From contig UYFQ01000311.1 of assembly GCA_900617105.1 (NCBI GenBank), positions 54,345 through 74,344 of the forward strand: DNA of 20,000 nucleotides. The letters are read 5' to 3'. A program made the translations under genes and the position numbers. This DNA is from Hydrurus foetidus (taxonomy: Eukaryota). Of this stretch, positions 1 to 12,463 are shown piece after piece. How positions within the stretch are numbered: position 1 is the stretch's first letter; each line of letters starts with the position of its first letter. The notes below the pieces were generated by a model. The model was not told the origin of the DNA, searched no databases, and worked only from the letters and a program-made list of their open reading frames with translations.

Positions 1-66
1 AAATTATTTCATATCATGAACAACAATAGATTTATCATTGTTATTGTTCCTTTTTTATTTTTACAG

Positions 67-3000
67 CTGCCAGATCATTACTTTCGGAATGTCGGGGCCA
101 TAAATACGGCACCGATAAGTAATAGAAGAAAAAGCGAGAGTAAAATAGATTATTCAAATCATGAGCAATTAAAGAATGGTGATAAAAAAGATTGTAACAA
201 TACATCGAAAATAGACAAAATTGTTGTTCCAATTAGTGACATTAATAATGCAATTAAAGTGAGCAACACAGTTTGTAATATCAATACAAATAATGTTGAT
301 TCAAATACTAATATTGATGCTAATAATGATAATGACGGTGTTAATGAAATAGAAGATGATGCAGTTGTACATAACGAAGTACATAGCGATTGTGAAATTG
401 ATGATGAAGTTGACGTAGTTAAAAACAATATTGAAAATGAAAATCACAAAAAACGGTATGCTCATAATATCAAACGGTGAGTTGATTGGTGGTTGTTGAT
501 CAAATAAATTTTCTGGTATTGTAGTGTAGAGTATTGAAGTATTGAATTAAATCATATTGTATTGCATTGTATTGTATTATTGTGTGAAATTTTCTTTCTT
601 TGCAATTATGTGTAATTTGATTAATAGTATTGAATTACATGGTACCGTATGGCACAGAATACTGAACAGCTTATATATCAATGTACTAACAAACACAAGT
701 AAACTCATGTATGAGTTGTTTATTGGTATTTGTTGATGATGTGAATTGCGTGGTACTGTGCCGTATGGTGTAGAGTATGGTGGTAGTGTGTTGCATTGTG
801 CTGTACTGTACTGTATTGTACTGTGTTATCGTCTGATATTTTTGTGTTGTGCAGTATAACGTACTTTGTTGTGTAAAATATTACGATGTAGCATTGTGTG
901 TACAGTAGAATTTACTACAGTATAGTGCAGTGTATTACATTGTATTGTATCGCATTGTATTGTGTTGTATTGTGTTGTATTGTATTGTACTGTGTTGTGT
1001 TGTGCTGTATTGAAGTGTACTGTATTATATTATATTATATTATATTATAGTACGACGTAGTTTAGTGTACTGTGGTGTATTATAGTATTGCATTGCAGAG
1101 AATTATGTAGGAGGAATATTCAGTATAGTACGGCATAGTACAGGACAGTATAATACAGTTCAGTGTATTACAGTAAATCGTAGAATAGTTATTCTTCCCA
1201 TTATTTACATGGCATCGTTGTCCTAATATTGCATGGGGTTTCTCACTCCCTGCCTCCCCTTTTTTTAAATCCTATCATCGCTATCTCAATCATTTCCTCT
1301 TTATTTATTGCACAACGTTTACTCACTTTTTATCCATCGATCTCATTAATTAATTCATGATATATTCTCCAGCTGCTTCCCCTACTTTTTGCGAATTCAG
1401 CAATTTATTTGAAGAAAGAAATCTTCTTTTCTCCTTTCTTTTTTTCTTTCTTAGCGGCCTTTCTTACTCTTTTTTTCTTCTTATTTATTTCTTTTTCTCG
1501 TAGTGGATTTGATTCTGAAAACGAAGAAATCGATGATGAATTAGAGAGCGAGGTAGGGAACGAGGTAGAGTCAGAGATAGAAACGGACGATGAACATCTC
1601 ACAATCGCAAAAACGACAAAAAACATGTTGCGGTAAGAATTAGGATCAAAGATGAAAAAATCTTTTGATGTAATTGATGAATCTTTACTTTTTCAAAATA
1701 ATTTTTTTTCTCCCTTGAAATATATTTGTGTTTTATACTTCTACTTGACATTTTTGCTGCTGATTCAGAAATCACTTTATTTCAACTTTTTTTTTCTTTT
1801 TTTTAGCATTCATTATTCTAATTGTAATGCACTCACTTTTAATTATTTTCAGTCATCATAATGGTATCACTCCGATACCTGAAAATCATACTTTAAACGG
1901 TAAGTACGTATGTACGTTCGCACCACAACAATTATTTAAATTAGTTGTAATTGCATGCAGCTAATTTTTTTACATTTTTAATGCGCTTCTTTTTTCTTAC
2001 TGTGCATTCTAGTTGCTTCTACGATGTCATATTACTTCGTTGTCATAGATGAACACTTTGTTTTGATATTTGGATCAACAGAATAGGTTGTGTCAAACTG
2101 TATTTATTATTTTGTTCATCGCTAAGAGGCTATCCTGTTTGCATCTTATTTAATGAGCACTTTAATTCTATTATTTGATTACTTTTCATTTCAGTACATT
2201 TCAGTGTTCAATTATAATGGCTGTCGTCATCATCATCGTTACAGTTATCATCGATCTTGATATTATTCTTTGTTTTATCGATATTTTAATAGTTTGTGAA
2301 GAAATGTATTTCCCTGGAGTAAACATTGCGAGAAGAAAAAGAAAGGTAAAAAAGATAATGATCACTTTTTTACGTATTATTTTTTCTTTTATCGAAATTC
2401 TTCTTCTTTTTTCTTCATATGTATCTCATACTAAATATCACAAAATTTATCATTCGAATTTTCCCGCATTTAATCGAATGCAAACGTACGGAATACACAT
2501 TGCCCTTCAAATAATCTACCGCACATTCTCAAGATCACGACTAATCAGGAAAATCATATTTACGTACTCAAAAATAATCTTTCAGAACAACTTTTGTCGC
2601 TCTGAATTCATCAAATGTGCTTAAAAAAACCCCAAAACTGCTCTATGTTCTGACCTGTACAATATCAATCTTACTAACAATATTTTCAAATTTCATTCTT
2701 CTTTTTTTTTTCTAGTCACTTTTTTCCATCTTTTTTTCTTTCTTTTTCCGTAGTCCGATGCATCCATGATGTCCGGTTTAGGGGACGATCCCACTATGGT
2801 GTCGGAGACCATCGAAGAGCTTCGACTAGAACTAGACAGGGTACGTACGTGTATGTGTGTATATATGCATGTGTGTGTGTTCATATTATTTAATTCATGA
2901 TAAGTGGCAACTGAACGGGAATATCGTATTTTGTACTCGAAAATGACCGCTGAGAATAACTTGTATTTCTCAATATTTGCTCTCATTTCTCACACACACA

Positions 3001-4257
3001 CAAGCAGTTACTCACTCACCAACCCTCCATCCACTTACCACACCCTTCATCCCTTTATCCTTCCTTCCCTCCACACGCATACACACACGCCCCTGCCCCC
3101 TTCTCATCCTCACTCCCCCTTCCCCCCCCTCCCCACGCACTCACACAGACAAACACGCCACCCTCCCTCTCACCCTCCCTCACACGCACTCCTCTCCCTC
3201 CTCCTCCCTTCTCACATTCCCCACACACGCACACTTCCCCACCCAGACGGCATTTGCGTTGAGTCTTGAGCAGCGGAAAGGTCGACCTGTAAAACACGTG
3301 ATAGGCTCTCAGTTCAGATTGCCCGTAAGTACGGTCATGAAGTGCGAACATTGTACCGACTCGGAAAGACAGATAAAGGTAAATTATACTTTTACGTTAA
3401 CAGCGTTGATATTGATATCTTTATTTCCGTTTATTATTATTATTATTTTGTGAGAGTTTGTGTCTGTTTATTTTTTATCTTGATATTAAGCCTAATTTAG
3501 ATTGATTTGAGATAATTAAATCTCCCATAATTAAATCAGAATCGTACAGTACTTCCTATCACAATTCGAAATGACGGATTTTGTCTCATTTCTGTACTTA
3601 GGTTTCTCGCGATTCTGTCAGAACATTGAAACTTCAATTAGCGAGAAGTTTGGAGGATATAAAAGGTGAGAATCAATAATATTTGATGCCAATTCATTAA
3701 ATTTGATGCAATTATTTTCTTGCCATTAACTAATTTTCATGCTATTTTCTGTATTAAGAAATTTAAATTTTGTATTCCCAGTGTACGTATATACATTTAC
3801 ATTACACATTCTTCTTCATTTCTCTGTAGCCGCACTTAAATCAACGAAATAAATTAGAATTCTATCGCTATATATGATTGTATTTCATTATTTTATTTAT
3901 TGTTATTTTTGTATGTCATTTCTTTCAGTTCATTTCTATCATATCGTGTCCATTTTTTTTTATCTTCTTTATTTTCTTTTTGTTTTTTAACATCTACCAT
4001 CAGGTCTTCGTAAATCGAAGAGTTTGGATATTACCACTAGTTTGCTAAAATTAAGGTCAAAACAGCCCTATTTTTAAGTTTTTTCTTATCGCCACTATTA
4101 TCATCATTTTCAGTCTGTTTTCACAAATGCTCGTTTTCATCTTTTCTTTTCTTTTGTGTAGAGTGTAACAGATACTCAGAATGTCTCCTCAATAATACTT
4201 GCCAGTATTTGTTTCACTCGCCTATGTACTCTATTTTTCCTTCCTTCCTTTTTTTTT

Positions 4258-4318
<61 letters not shown>

Positions 4319-7300
4319 GTTTCTTTATGTTGTCATTTCTGTTTATTTCCATCTTTTTTTCCCGTCAATTATTCCAAGATATCAGATGACAAATACCTCT
4401 TTAATTATTAATCGAACTCATTATTAATCGATTTCATTAATTAAGCTTCATTTGTCAATTGTGTTTTTCCACATCAAATACTTCATTTTATTTTTAATCG
4501 TAACATTTCGTGCTATTTAATAATTCGTATTTATTTTATTTTTTACTGCAGAGATGAATTATTAGAAAACCAACTTCAACTTGAGAAACAGTGTGAAGAA
4601 AGAGAAAATGAAATAGGAAGATATAAGAAGAAAAGTCATAATGTAAGAATGGATTCAATTTAACGCTATTTTGATAATTATGTGACCCTTTTTTGCCACT
4701 TTTAGTTAACGGAATATACTGTGGGTTGACGGAGAGTTGTGACGTTTTCATGCGTAATAAAAATCGTGCAAATTCTGCTTTTTTAAGCCGTATTATATTT
4801 TTTTATATCACTTCACAATTTACCATTCTGATGAGAAACGGAATGTCATCATTTTGTTTTATAGAATTATTGAAGCAAAATATTAAATCAGTTATTTTAT
4901 TATTTCTACCGATTATATTTTGTACTTACATTTCGTATCTTTTTTTCTTTTTTCAATCAATTTTCCCGTAGGATGAAGTAACTTTAGAAGGATATAAAAA
5001 ACAAATTGCAGAAATGATAAATCATCAAAAATGTAAGACTGTCATACCAAAACATTTCTTTAAATTTGTTTTTTTCAATCTATCGTGCATCAACATCAAC
5101 CATGATTTCATGAGCAAAATCAACTTTTTCTAAATGACTAGATCTTGATAAAGTATAAACTACTTATCAAAATATTCAGCCTCGTACTCATCACGATGAT
5201 TTATTTATTTCAAGTAAACGACATCAGAGAAAAGGAACTAGCAGCAGAAAATCTTAAATCAGAAGCAAAAGCGGCTCTACATATTGTTACCACGGAAAGG
5301 TGAAACTAAGACTAAAAATGAAACACTCACACTGAATTTATCTGTTCACCAACAAAGAAATTTTAAGAACAATAACTTATATTAAAAATCATACATGAAT
5401 ATAAAAATAAAAAAATTTACAAAATTTAAGAATTATAAATTGAGCAATATTGAAAGTTCTTACAATTTTTCGACTGAAATATTGTTTGGCTTTTTGTGTT
5501 CCCTTTTAGCGCCGTTTTCATGATGTTCTTGATGACTTTATTTGGTCGTATACTCTCACAACTCTGATCTGCAAGATCATATCTACGACATAAATTAAAT
5601 CACATACATCAATTTTTACTGATTTTCCTCTCATTTTTTGCACGTGAAAAGTGTGACGAAAGTTTTTATTAATAATTTCCATTACAATCTAGTTCACAAT
5701 TTGTTTTTTAAAAAAATTGCTTATACACATATACATGCACATTGAAAAAATGTAATTTTTTCATTTGTTACTGTAGGGATGATTTGCGGAATGTAGTTAT
5801 TCAACTGAAAGAAGGTAAACTAATACTAAAATTAACTACAATGTAAATATGGTGTAATGTAAATGACACATGTCTTCTATTGTATGAAATAAGTTTGTAA
5901 GGTGTTACATTATTTCGCATAACTTTTACTATGAGTGTAGTAGATGTTATTGTAGTAGATGTTATTGTAGTAGATGTTATTGTAGTAGATGTTATTGTAG
6001 TAGATGTTAGTGTAGTAGATGTTATTGTAGTAGATGTTATTGTAGTAGATGTTATTGTAGTCATAAGCATCACCATCATAATCACTAATTATTTCTGTTA
6101 CCATTGCTACCATTATTACTGTCACTATGATTTGCATTATGTCTCCTTATACCTTCACTACAAATATTTAATTTTTACTACTTTGCTAATTTTGAATTTT
6201 GTCAAATATCATGCTGCACTTTATCTCTACCGTTTCTTTTCTTTCGACTTTATTCTTACAATAATGATTTAACTACCGCATTTTCTCGCACTGTAATTTT
6301 CTTTCTTTTCTCCTATTGCAGCTAATATTCTTATTTTTCATGTTTTCCCCTCTTTCCCTCACTTCTACCTTTCCTTACTTCCTCCTCATAGATCTTCTTT
6401 ATTTCACTCTATTTCGTCCTCTTTAATCTTAACTACCAGCTATTCAGGGACACAAGGTTCAACTTGATCAATCGGAATCGAAAAGAAGAGCTCTTAAAAG
6501 GTAGACAATCGTACTAAATATTTCTCCCTTATTTTTTCATGAATTGAGTCTGTATGCGAATCAAATGTACGTCATAAAAAAGAACATCACAAGAATACAC
6601 GTAGCTCAAAATATGCATTAAGTACTTTCACGTGTGTTTTTATTCCATTCTGTTTTTTTATGGCACATTTTTATACCCTTTTTCACGTGCTCTTCTATGC
6701 TTTTTATCTATATGAATACTTTTTTTCTATTCTTTTTTAATTTTGTCATAACATTGATTTGATCATTGCCTTATTTGCGCATCATTTTCCCTTTTTTCCC
6801 TCTTCAATTTTAATTAATTAAAGTATTCCTTTTTTTTATCTTTCTCTAGAAAATCACTCGAGAGAGCTGTGATAGAAAAAACGAATGAAGAAGAAATAGC
6901 GAAATTGTATTTAACTTTAGAAGCAAAAGAATCTGAGATAAAATCACTTACGGTGCGTAAGTACGACAATTTGTTTGTGTGTACAGAATTGAGTGTGAGA
7001 TTAACTATTTATATTAATCATTTAGTATCTACGTTTTCTGACCACGCAGTAACACAAGATTTTTTCGTCTCTCTTCCGATTCTTACCTATTTTTAACCGA
7101 TTGTTTAAATCCACTAAATTGTTTCTCCTGCCAGAGTTTTCTCACGTTTTTATTAACTGTACATTTACCATTTTTCCTCTTCTCCTTATTCTCCCTTTCT
7201 TCCTTCGTACTTTCCTATTTCATATCTTATTTCCTTTCAGCCTTCTCCCTTTCTTCACATCTCCCTTCCAATCTTTCTCCCTTCCTATCTCTCCCCCTAC

Positions 7301-9549
7301 CCATCCTTATCTTCCTCTTAACATTTTTTTTTCCTTTCTCCTTCCCTCTTTTTCCCTCCTTTCTCTATTCCTTCTCCTCACCTATCTTATCTCCATAATC
7401 GATTTTAAATTATTCCCCTACTTTCCCTCCCTTGTACTCTGCACCCTCCATTATTTTCTCCTGTCTTTTTCTCAATTTCAGACATCGTTAGAATTGATGC
7501 GTGCTGCCGCTTCTGATTCAATGTCGGTTATAGGAGATCTACAAGATAAAAGCAGGTACCTAATAATCTTAAATAGCACCTAATTTTATGATTACATCTT
7601 ACATCTTACGCAACACTGTTGTATTTTTTTTGGAAGATTTCATGCGATTTTTTTTATACAAATAAATTCGTTCGCAGCTCTAGTAATTGTAAAAACCACA
7701 CCAAGCTATATTCTTATTTGTCTTGTGCATAAAGAGAGGAATTATTCTATCATTATCATTTATATCAAGCGAGTTCATACCAATAATATTACAATTAATG
7801 CTATTACAAATTATTCGATAGTTTCAATTATTTATGTCAATAGATATCTAATCATTTTTTTTTTTTAGGAAATTAATTGATTCTCAGGAAGAAATGAAAA
7901 CAGCTCAAAGGCTTCTAGTAAAGAGTATAGAAATTGTTAACATAACCGCTGAAGTTAATGAACAAAAATACAAGGTAGCAAAATAAGCTTTATAAGTGCC
8001 ACAACAATTTTGAATTACCACACTTATTTTTTTGATATTATTATTTAAGATATTCTAAGATAAGTGTAGTAGAGATGTAATGAATAATTTGTTGAAATTC
8101 CGATTTCCCTCAAATTTAGAAATTGTATTTTATTGCCCCCTATCAATTAGATTGGAAGGGGGATGAAGATCATTTTTCATATTTCATAAACATTTTTTAT
8201 TATCAAAAAGAGAAAGGTTTCCTTGCGAAAGGCATGATCGTTATTATTATCATGATTATTATTATGATTGTTATTTCGCTATCATTATTATTGTATTATC
8301 AAACACTCATAGAATTCACTCATTCATTTGAATCGCATCATTTTCTGATAGGATGAATTACAGAAGGAAACATACGTACGTTCACTTCTTGTCGAAGCCA
8401 GAGCGTCTAATTCGAATTTAGAAAAAGAATTAAAAATGTCAGTGGAAAAAATAAAATTGTTGGAAGAGGTGGGAAATAGTTTCAATTTTATTTATTGTTT
8501 TAAATTTTATTAAATATTTTGTTTCTTTTAATACGGTCATTTATTTTTTATTCAAAATAATTCTACAAGTCATTCATGGAAATACACTAATCAATAAACT
8601 TTCTTTTTTATTCATAGGATAATTCAAGCATGAAAAACAGATTTACTATTTCAACTGACGCGCAATTGGAAGCACTAGAAAAAGCACTCGCAAATAGTGT
8701 GCGACTCTGTGTGGTAGCTCCCACTGTCAATGTTCATGTTGGGGAGGAAAAATTCAAATTGCAATCTGGGTGAGTGGGTTATTGAGTGTGATATGTGTGA
8801 GGGTTTATGTTTAGTTTTCATACACTGTATTATGACACACTATACTGCATTGTTAAATCTCATACTTTACTGTACTATACTATACTATACTCTGTACAGT
8901 ACTATACTAACCTTTACTATGCGACACAATAACTTGACATAACTCATCGCAACACAATGCAATTAAATTCACTCAAATTTCTATCATCGTTCTCACATAA
9001 ACACTTTTTGATATATTATTTATTTCTCAATTAATCAAAGGTTGACAGAAAAATAGAAATCTTTCTTTTTTATTTACAAACGATTTTAACTTTTTCCACT
9101 TCTTCACAATTTTTTATTTTTTTGTTATGTACTAATCACTTTCTTATTCAATTAATTGGTACAAATATCAATAGAATTCACAACAGACTATTATTTGCAA
9201 ATGTTCTAACTATTCATCTTTAAACGAATTTACTTTTTCTCACACTTAATAATTATTTTTATTATTACTTAGGTTGCTGGAAAATTCAATTCGGGATTTT
9301 ATAATTTATGAAGTGTTATCGCAGTACACTTTTTTGTTCAATCAAATCAAAGAAAATAGTGGGCCGGAAGGTATTTAAAATATGTAAAGTATTTCAAATA
9401 TTTAAAATGCTTTTAATTATACCGTATTACGGCCACGGCTAGAAGTCAAAAGGGATGATTTTGGCGTGACTCGTAATGTTTATTCTTGATTTTATTTCCT
9501 CTTTTGGCGTCGCTCTTTATCCTCTACTATTCTTTTTTCTTCCATTCCT

Positions 9550-9605
<56 letters not shown>

Positions 9606-9633
9606 ATTTTCTTTCTTATTTTCTTTCTTATTT

Positions 9634-9676
<43 letters not shown>

Positions 9677-9717
9677 CTCTTATTTTCTTTCATTCTTTCT
9701 TATTTTCTTTCTTTCTC

Positions 9718-9785
<68 letters not shown>

Positions 9786-10148
9786 TCAATTCTTTCACTC
9801 TCTCAACTCTCCTTTCTTTCCCAAACAGTCTCCCTCTTAGAAATTACATTCTCCTTATGTGCTTTTTAGCACTTCCTCACTCTCTCACCTTTCATTTTCT
9901 TCACTTCCTTTCAATGCAGTTCACATCTCTTCCCTTTCATTCAGATCTCTGTTTACAACTATTATCTCTTTCTCTCATTCAAATATCTTCATCTTAATCA
10001 CATTGTCTCTACAACAATTCGCAACTGTCTTTCCGTTTTATTTACATTATTAGGAACGGATTTACAGGAATGGATACAGAATGCATTATACTCCATGCAA
10101 GACAGTATTGAAGCGCACGTACAGGCTGCAATGAGTGGCGTGCAGTGA
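67..10148 (+). CDS. Multi-exon host gene (5' end outside window): uncharacterised coiled-coil protein with an N/D/E-rich low-complexity region and a globular C-terminal domain
   Basis: Twenty GT-AG-bounded exons chain with matching phases and no in-frame stop: 67-476, 1504-1632, 1853-1899, 2293-2345, 2754-2840, 3247-3324 (or -3378), 3602-3665, 4004-4055, 4552-4642, 4972-5032, 5215-5299, 5777-5814, 6440-6500, 6850-6952, 7482-7555, 7869-7974, 8352-8468, 8618-8769, 9273-9370, 10054-10148 (TGA). Total 2001 nt = 666 aa + stop. Middle exons are E/K/L/Q-rich and heptad-like (DELLENQLQLEKQCEERENE, NSNLEKELKMSVEKIKLLEE). C-terminus: SVRLCVVAPTVNVHV...IRDFIIYEVL...QEWIQNALYSMQDSIEAHVQAAMSGVQ*. Confidence 0.85.
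930..1050. repeat. Degenerate pentanucleotide microsatellite (TGTAT/TGTGT/TATTA) in intron
   Basis: Runs such as tgtattgtat, tgtgttgtat and tattatattatattatattata. Looser 5-mer periodicity extends across much of 560-1170. Confidence 0.8.
2990..3244. repeat. C/A-rich low-complexity intron tract (G-rich on the minus strand)
   Basis: Interspersed CAC/CCCT/ACAC units and C-runs (e.g. tcccccttcccccccctcccc) immediately before the acceptor at 3245-3246. Confidence 0.75.
4250..4317. repeat. (TTTC)n microsatellite in intron
   Basis: Uninterrupted tttc units from about 4256 to 4315. Confidence 0.95.
5936..6061. repeat. 15-bp minisatellite (TGTAGTAGATGTTAT)x8 plus a partial unit, in intron
   Basis: Eight consecutive units starting at 5936, with a single variant in unit 5 (...GTTAG at 6010), followed by TGTAGT. 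Confidence 0.95.
7165..7479. repeat. Long pyrimidine-rich low-complexity intron tract
   Basis: About 300 nt dominated by T/C (ttctcccttt, cttccctct...) ending at the acceptor at 7480-7481. Confidence 0.7.
9530..9790. repeat. (TTTC)n microsatellite with TTATTTTC variants in the last intron
   Basis: About 250 nt of tttc units with interspersed ttcttatttt and tctctc variants. Confidence 0.95.
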
Positions 10149-10391
10149 CGTACTTACGCTCTTAAAAACACTTAGATGTGTTAAACGTGTTAAAGTAGTG
10201 TGTTACAATATGTGCATATTTAACATATAATATTAATACTTGTATTATTGTTACATTAGGGTCTATGTAATGCAGCAACAAATACCGTATATATCATTCA
10301 ACCCCGCATATACTTAACACAAATATCTATTTTTCTGTTTTTACGTACGCACGAACTCACAGATAGAAGTGCCAAACAAAGCACATTTCCA

Positions 10392-10431
10392 ACACACACA
10401 CACACACACACACATACATACACATACACAT
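10392..10431. repeat. (CA)n / (CATA)n microsatellite downstream of the host gene stop
   Basis: acacacacacacacacacacacatacatacacatacacat. Confidence 0.9.
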
Positions 10432-11195
10432 AAATGCATATATACTCATACATACATATTACGCCATTTTATAACGAACTGTACTATTTCAAACTCCACA
10501 ATACTTCATGACAATATCTAAAGCTGCACAAATATATTGTACACCGTACCATTCCGTACGTTACACCATATCATCCAATATCATATTATGGTGCGCCATA
10601 CTAGATCATATTATTCCATATCATACCATGCCACATCATAATGAAAAATATGTGAAATAAATCTGTACATCAATTTTAAATTTTCACATCTAATAATGGC
10701 TGTAAGTCTCACTCGCTGCAGTTTACATGGTGGTACTTTTCTATTTATGAGCTGACAAAATATTCCATTTTATTCATTTTATCGTGTCGTTAAAGACCAG
10801 TTCTTTTATTTCGTGTTTTTGTTTTTATTTATATCTCATTTTTCGATAATTCATTTATTTTTTGGATCTTGACTAAATTTGATTAACCCAATCCAATCTC
10901 AAATTATCGTAATTATGTGACTACTTGCTTACACATGATATTCGCACGATTTCAATTACACTGTTGAATTAAATTGAATTAATTTGGCGCAATTTAGTAT
11001 TTTCTACATTTTATTATTTCATTTCTATTTATTAGATGATGTCACTGAATGTACATGCATATGATATATGAAAAACAAAATTAAAAAAATGATCGAGGAA
11101 AACAAGCAAATGAATTTTTAATTAGAAAAATAAAATTGATCCGAAAAACACTCAATTAGAAAATGGACGCAGAAGTGAAATGATCTTCAGTGAAT

Positions 11196-12240
11196 TTATT
11201 CAATCGATTGGATCTTTTCACGCAGTACCTCGTCTCTGTTGTCGGTTTCACAATATGCACATTGCCGAAATCACCGTTGACAACAGAAAGCATTTTCTAG
11301 TATTTCCTTGAAGAACGTTTGACGAATACAGAGTGGTAAATGTTGTTCACAGCAGTCATTGAAGAGTACGGAAATATAATATTCCTGTTTATGTATGACT
11401 TCGCTATCGTATTAGTACAATGGATTATTTTCCGGCAATACGAAGAATTGTACGATTCCTCGTATTTCACATTCACTGAAATACAGAAATACTGCTTAGA
11501 GTTTTTAAAAAAATGAAAGAGCGCTTGATAAAATGGGGCGAATATTTTCTTCATGACTTATTAGGTATCATCGAGAGGATTTTGTTTTTTCCGAAAATGG
11601 GATTGGGAATAAAAAGTACAGAACACAGTGTATCAAAGAAATAAATGCCACACGAGGGCGGGTTGGGTTCGGGATTCTACACGGTATTTTTTAGACTGTT
11701 GCTTAAATTCGTTTTCTCCAATTCATTTCCTTTCATCAGTGTTACAGATGCCATACCATCATCCAGCGTGTGTAAGATTTGATAGATAAATTTTAAGTAG
11801 GAATTTGACTGGGATATTTTGCTGCAAAACATACCAGAAGACTATTTTTATGGCAGTACGAAAATTGTGGGATCAAACTGTTACTGCAGTGATCAATACC
11901 AATTCCCCAACAACATAGAATACTCTTTAAAGTCTTCACGCACAGCATTTTTATCATTAATTTCATGCAATAAATACAATAATACATGAAGTCGAAATGT
12001 GTGACGAAAAATGTGACGAGAATAAGCGTTGCATGAAATACTGACAATCTGCTTCTTCATCCTCTTAGGCGGATTAGCTAATATAGTGTCTTCCTGGCGC
12101 TGCCTATTTAATTTTTTCTTCCGCAACAACATCTCAACCTCCATATTCTTCCTCGTCGTCATCACTTCGTCTACCACGCGTACTGCTAATTTTCTTTCTG
12201 TTCGTTCGTATCAACACTAGAGTCGTGTTTTGTATTTTAC
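11196..12240 (-). pseudogene. Distal part of a heavily decayed intronless ORF, probably TE-associated; Cys-rich C-terminus and a weak Ulp1/C48-like SCGIY motif
   Basis: Protein-like minus-strand frame interrupted by stops and shifts: ...RLHVLLYLLHEINDKNAVREDFKEYSMLLGNWY*...YLKFIYQILHTLDDG...NPPSCGIYSLIHCVLYFLF...YCRKIIHC... then AFCCQR*FRQCAYCETDNRDEVLREKIQSIE* (stop at 11196-11198). Family assignment is speculative. Confidence 0.35.
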
Positions 12241-12263
12241 TAAGGCCGTTCCTTATGCCGCCA
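12241..12263 (+). repeat. TAA TSD plus left terminal inverted repeat
   Basis: taa|GGCCGTTCCTTATGCCGCCA. Confidence 0.9.
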
Positions 12264-12463
12264 TCGGAATACACTTTTTGGATGGCTTTTTTTGTATTTT
12301 TGAAGGCGACGTGGCCTTATGCACCAAAAAAACGACCAAAAAATTTATGTCGGCGACATTTTTTTTAACGGTTGACAGAGAAAGGCTCCTTTCTGTGTTT
12401 TTTAGGATTCCTAATGTCGCCAGAAACATAAATCTATTAGCGCCATTTAAAGCGTCATTTAGA

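Noticed and set aside
2904..3351. His/Pro/Thr-rich and Gly-rich ORFs
   Set aside because: Low-complexity intron sequence. Only 3247-3324/3378 fits the exon chain.
4162..4204. Possible extra exon after TGTAG at 4161
   Set aside because: The required phase-2 entry gives an immediate TAA, and no compatible donor follows the alternative AG. Exon 4004-4055 joins 4552 in frame without it.
5801..6272. ORFs with VVDVI/STTIT/YYNNI repeats; CRISPR-like regularity
   Set aside because: These are translations of an intronic 15-bp minisatellite. There are no unique spacers and no cas genes, and the context is eukaryotic.
9476..10053. F/L/S-rich 'membrane protein' ORFs (also 4199-4427 and 7101-7480)
   Set aside because: Artefacts of (TTTC)n and pyrimidine tracts inside introns of the host gene.
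12230..12463. N-terminal 78 codons of the ORF-track call 12230-13012
   Set aside because: This stretch overlaps the TSD, TIR and subterminal DNA. Homology to the paralog starts at the ATG at 12464.
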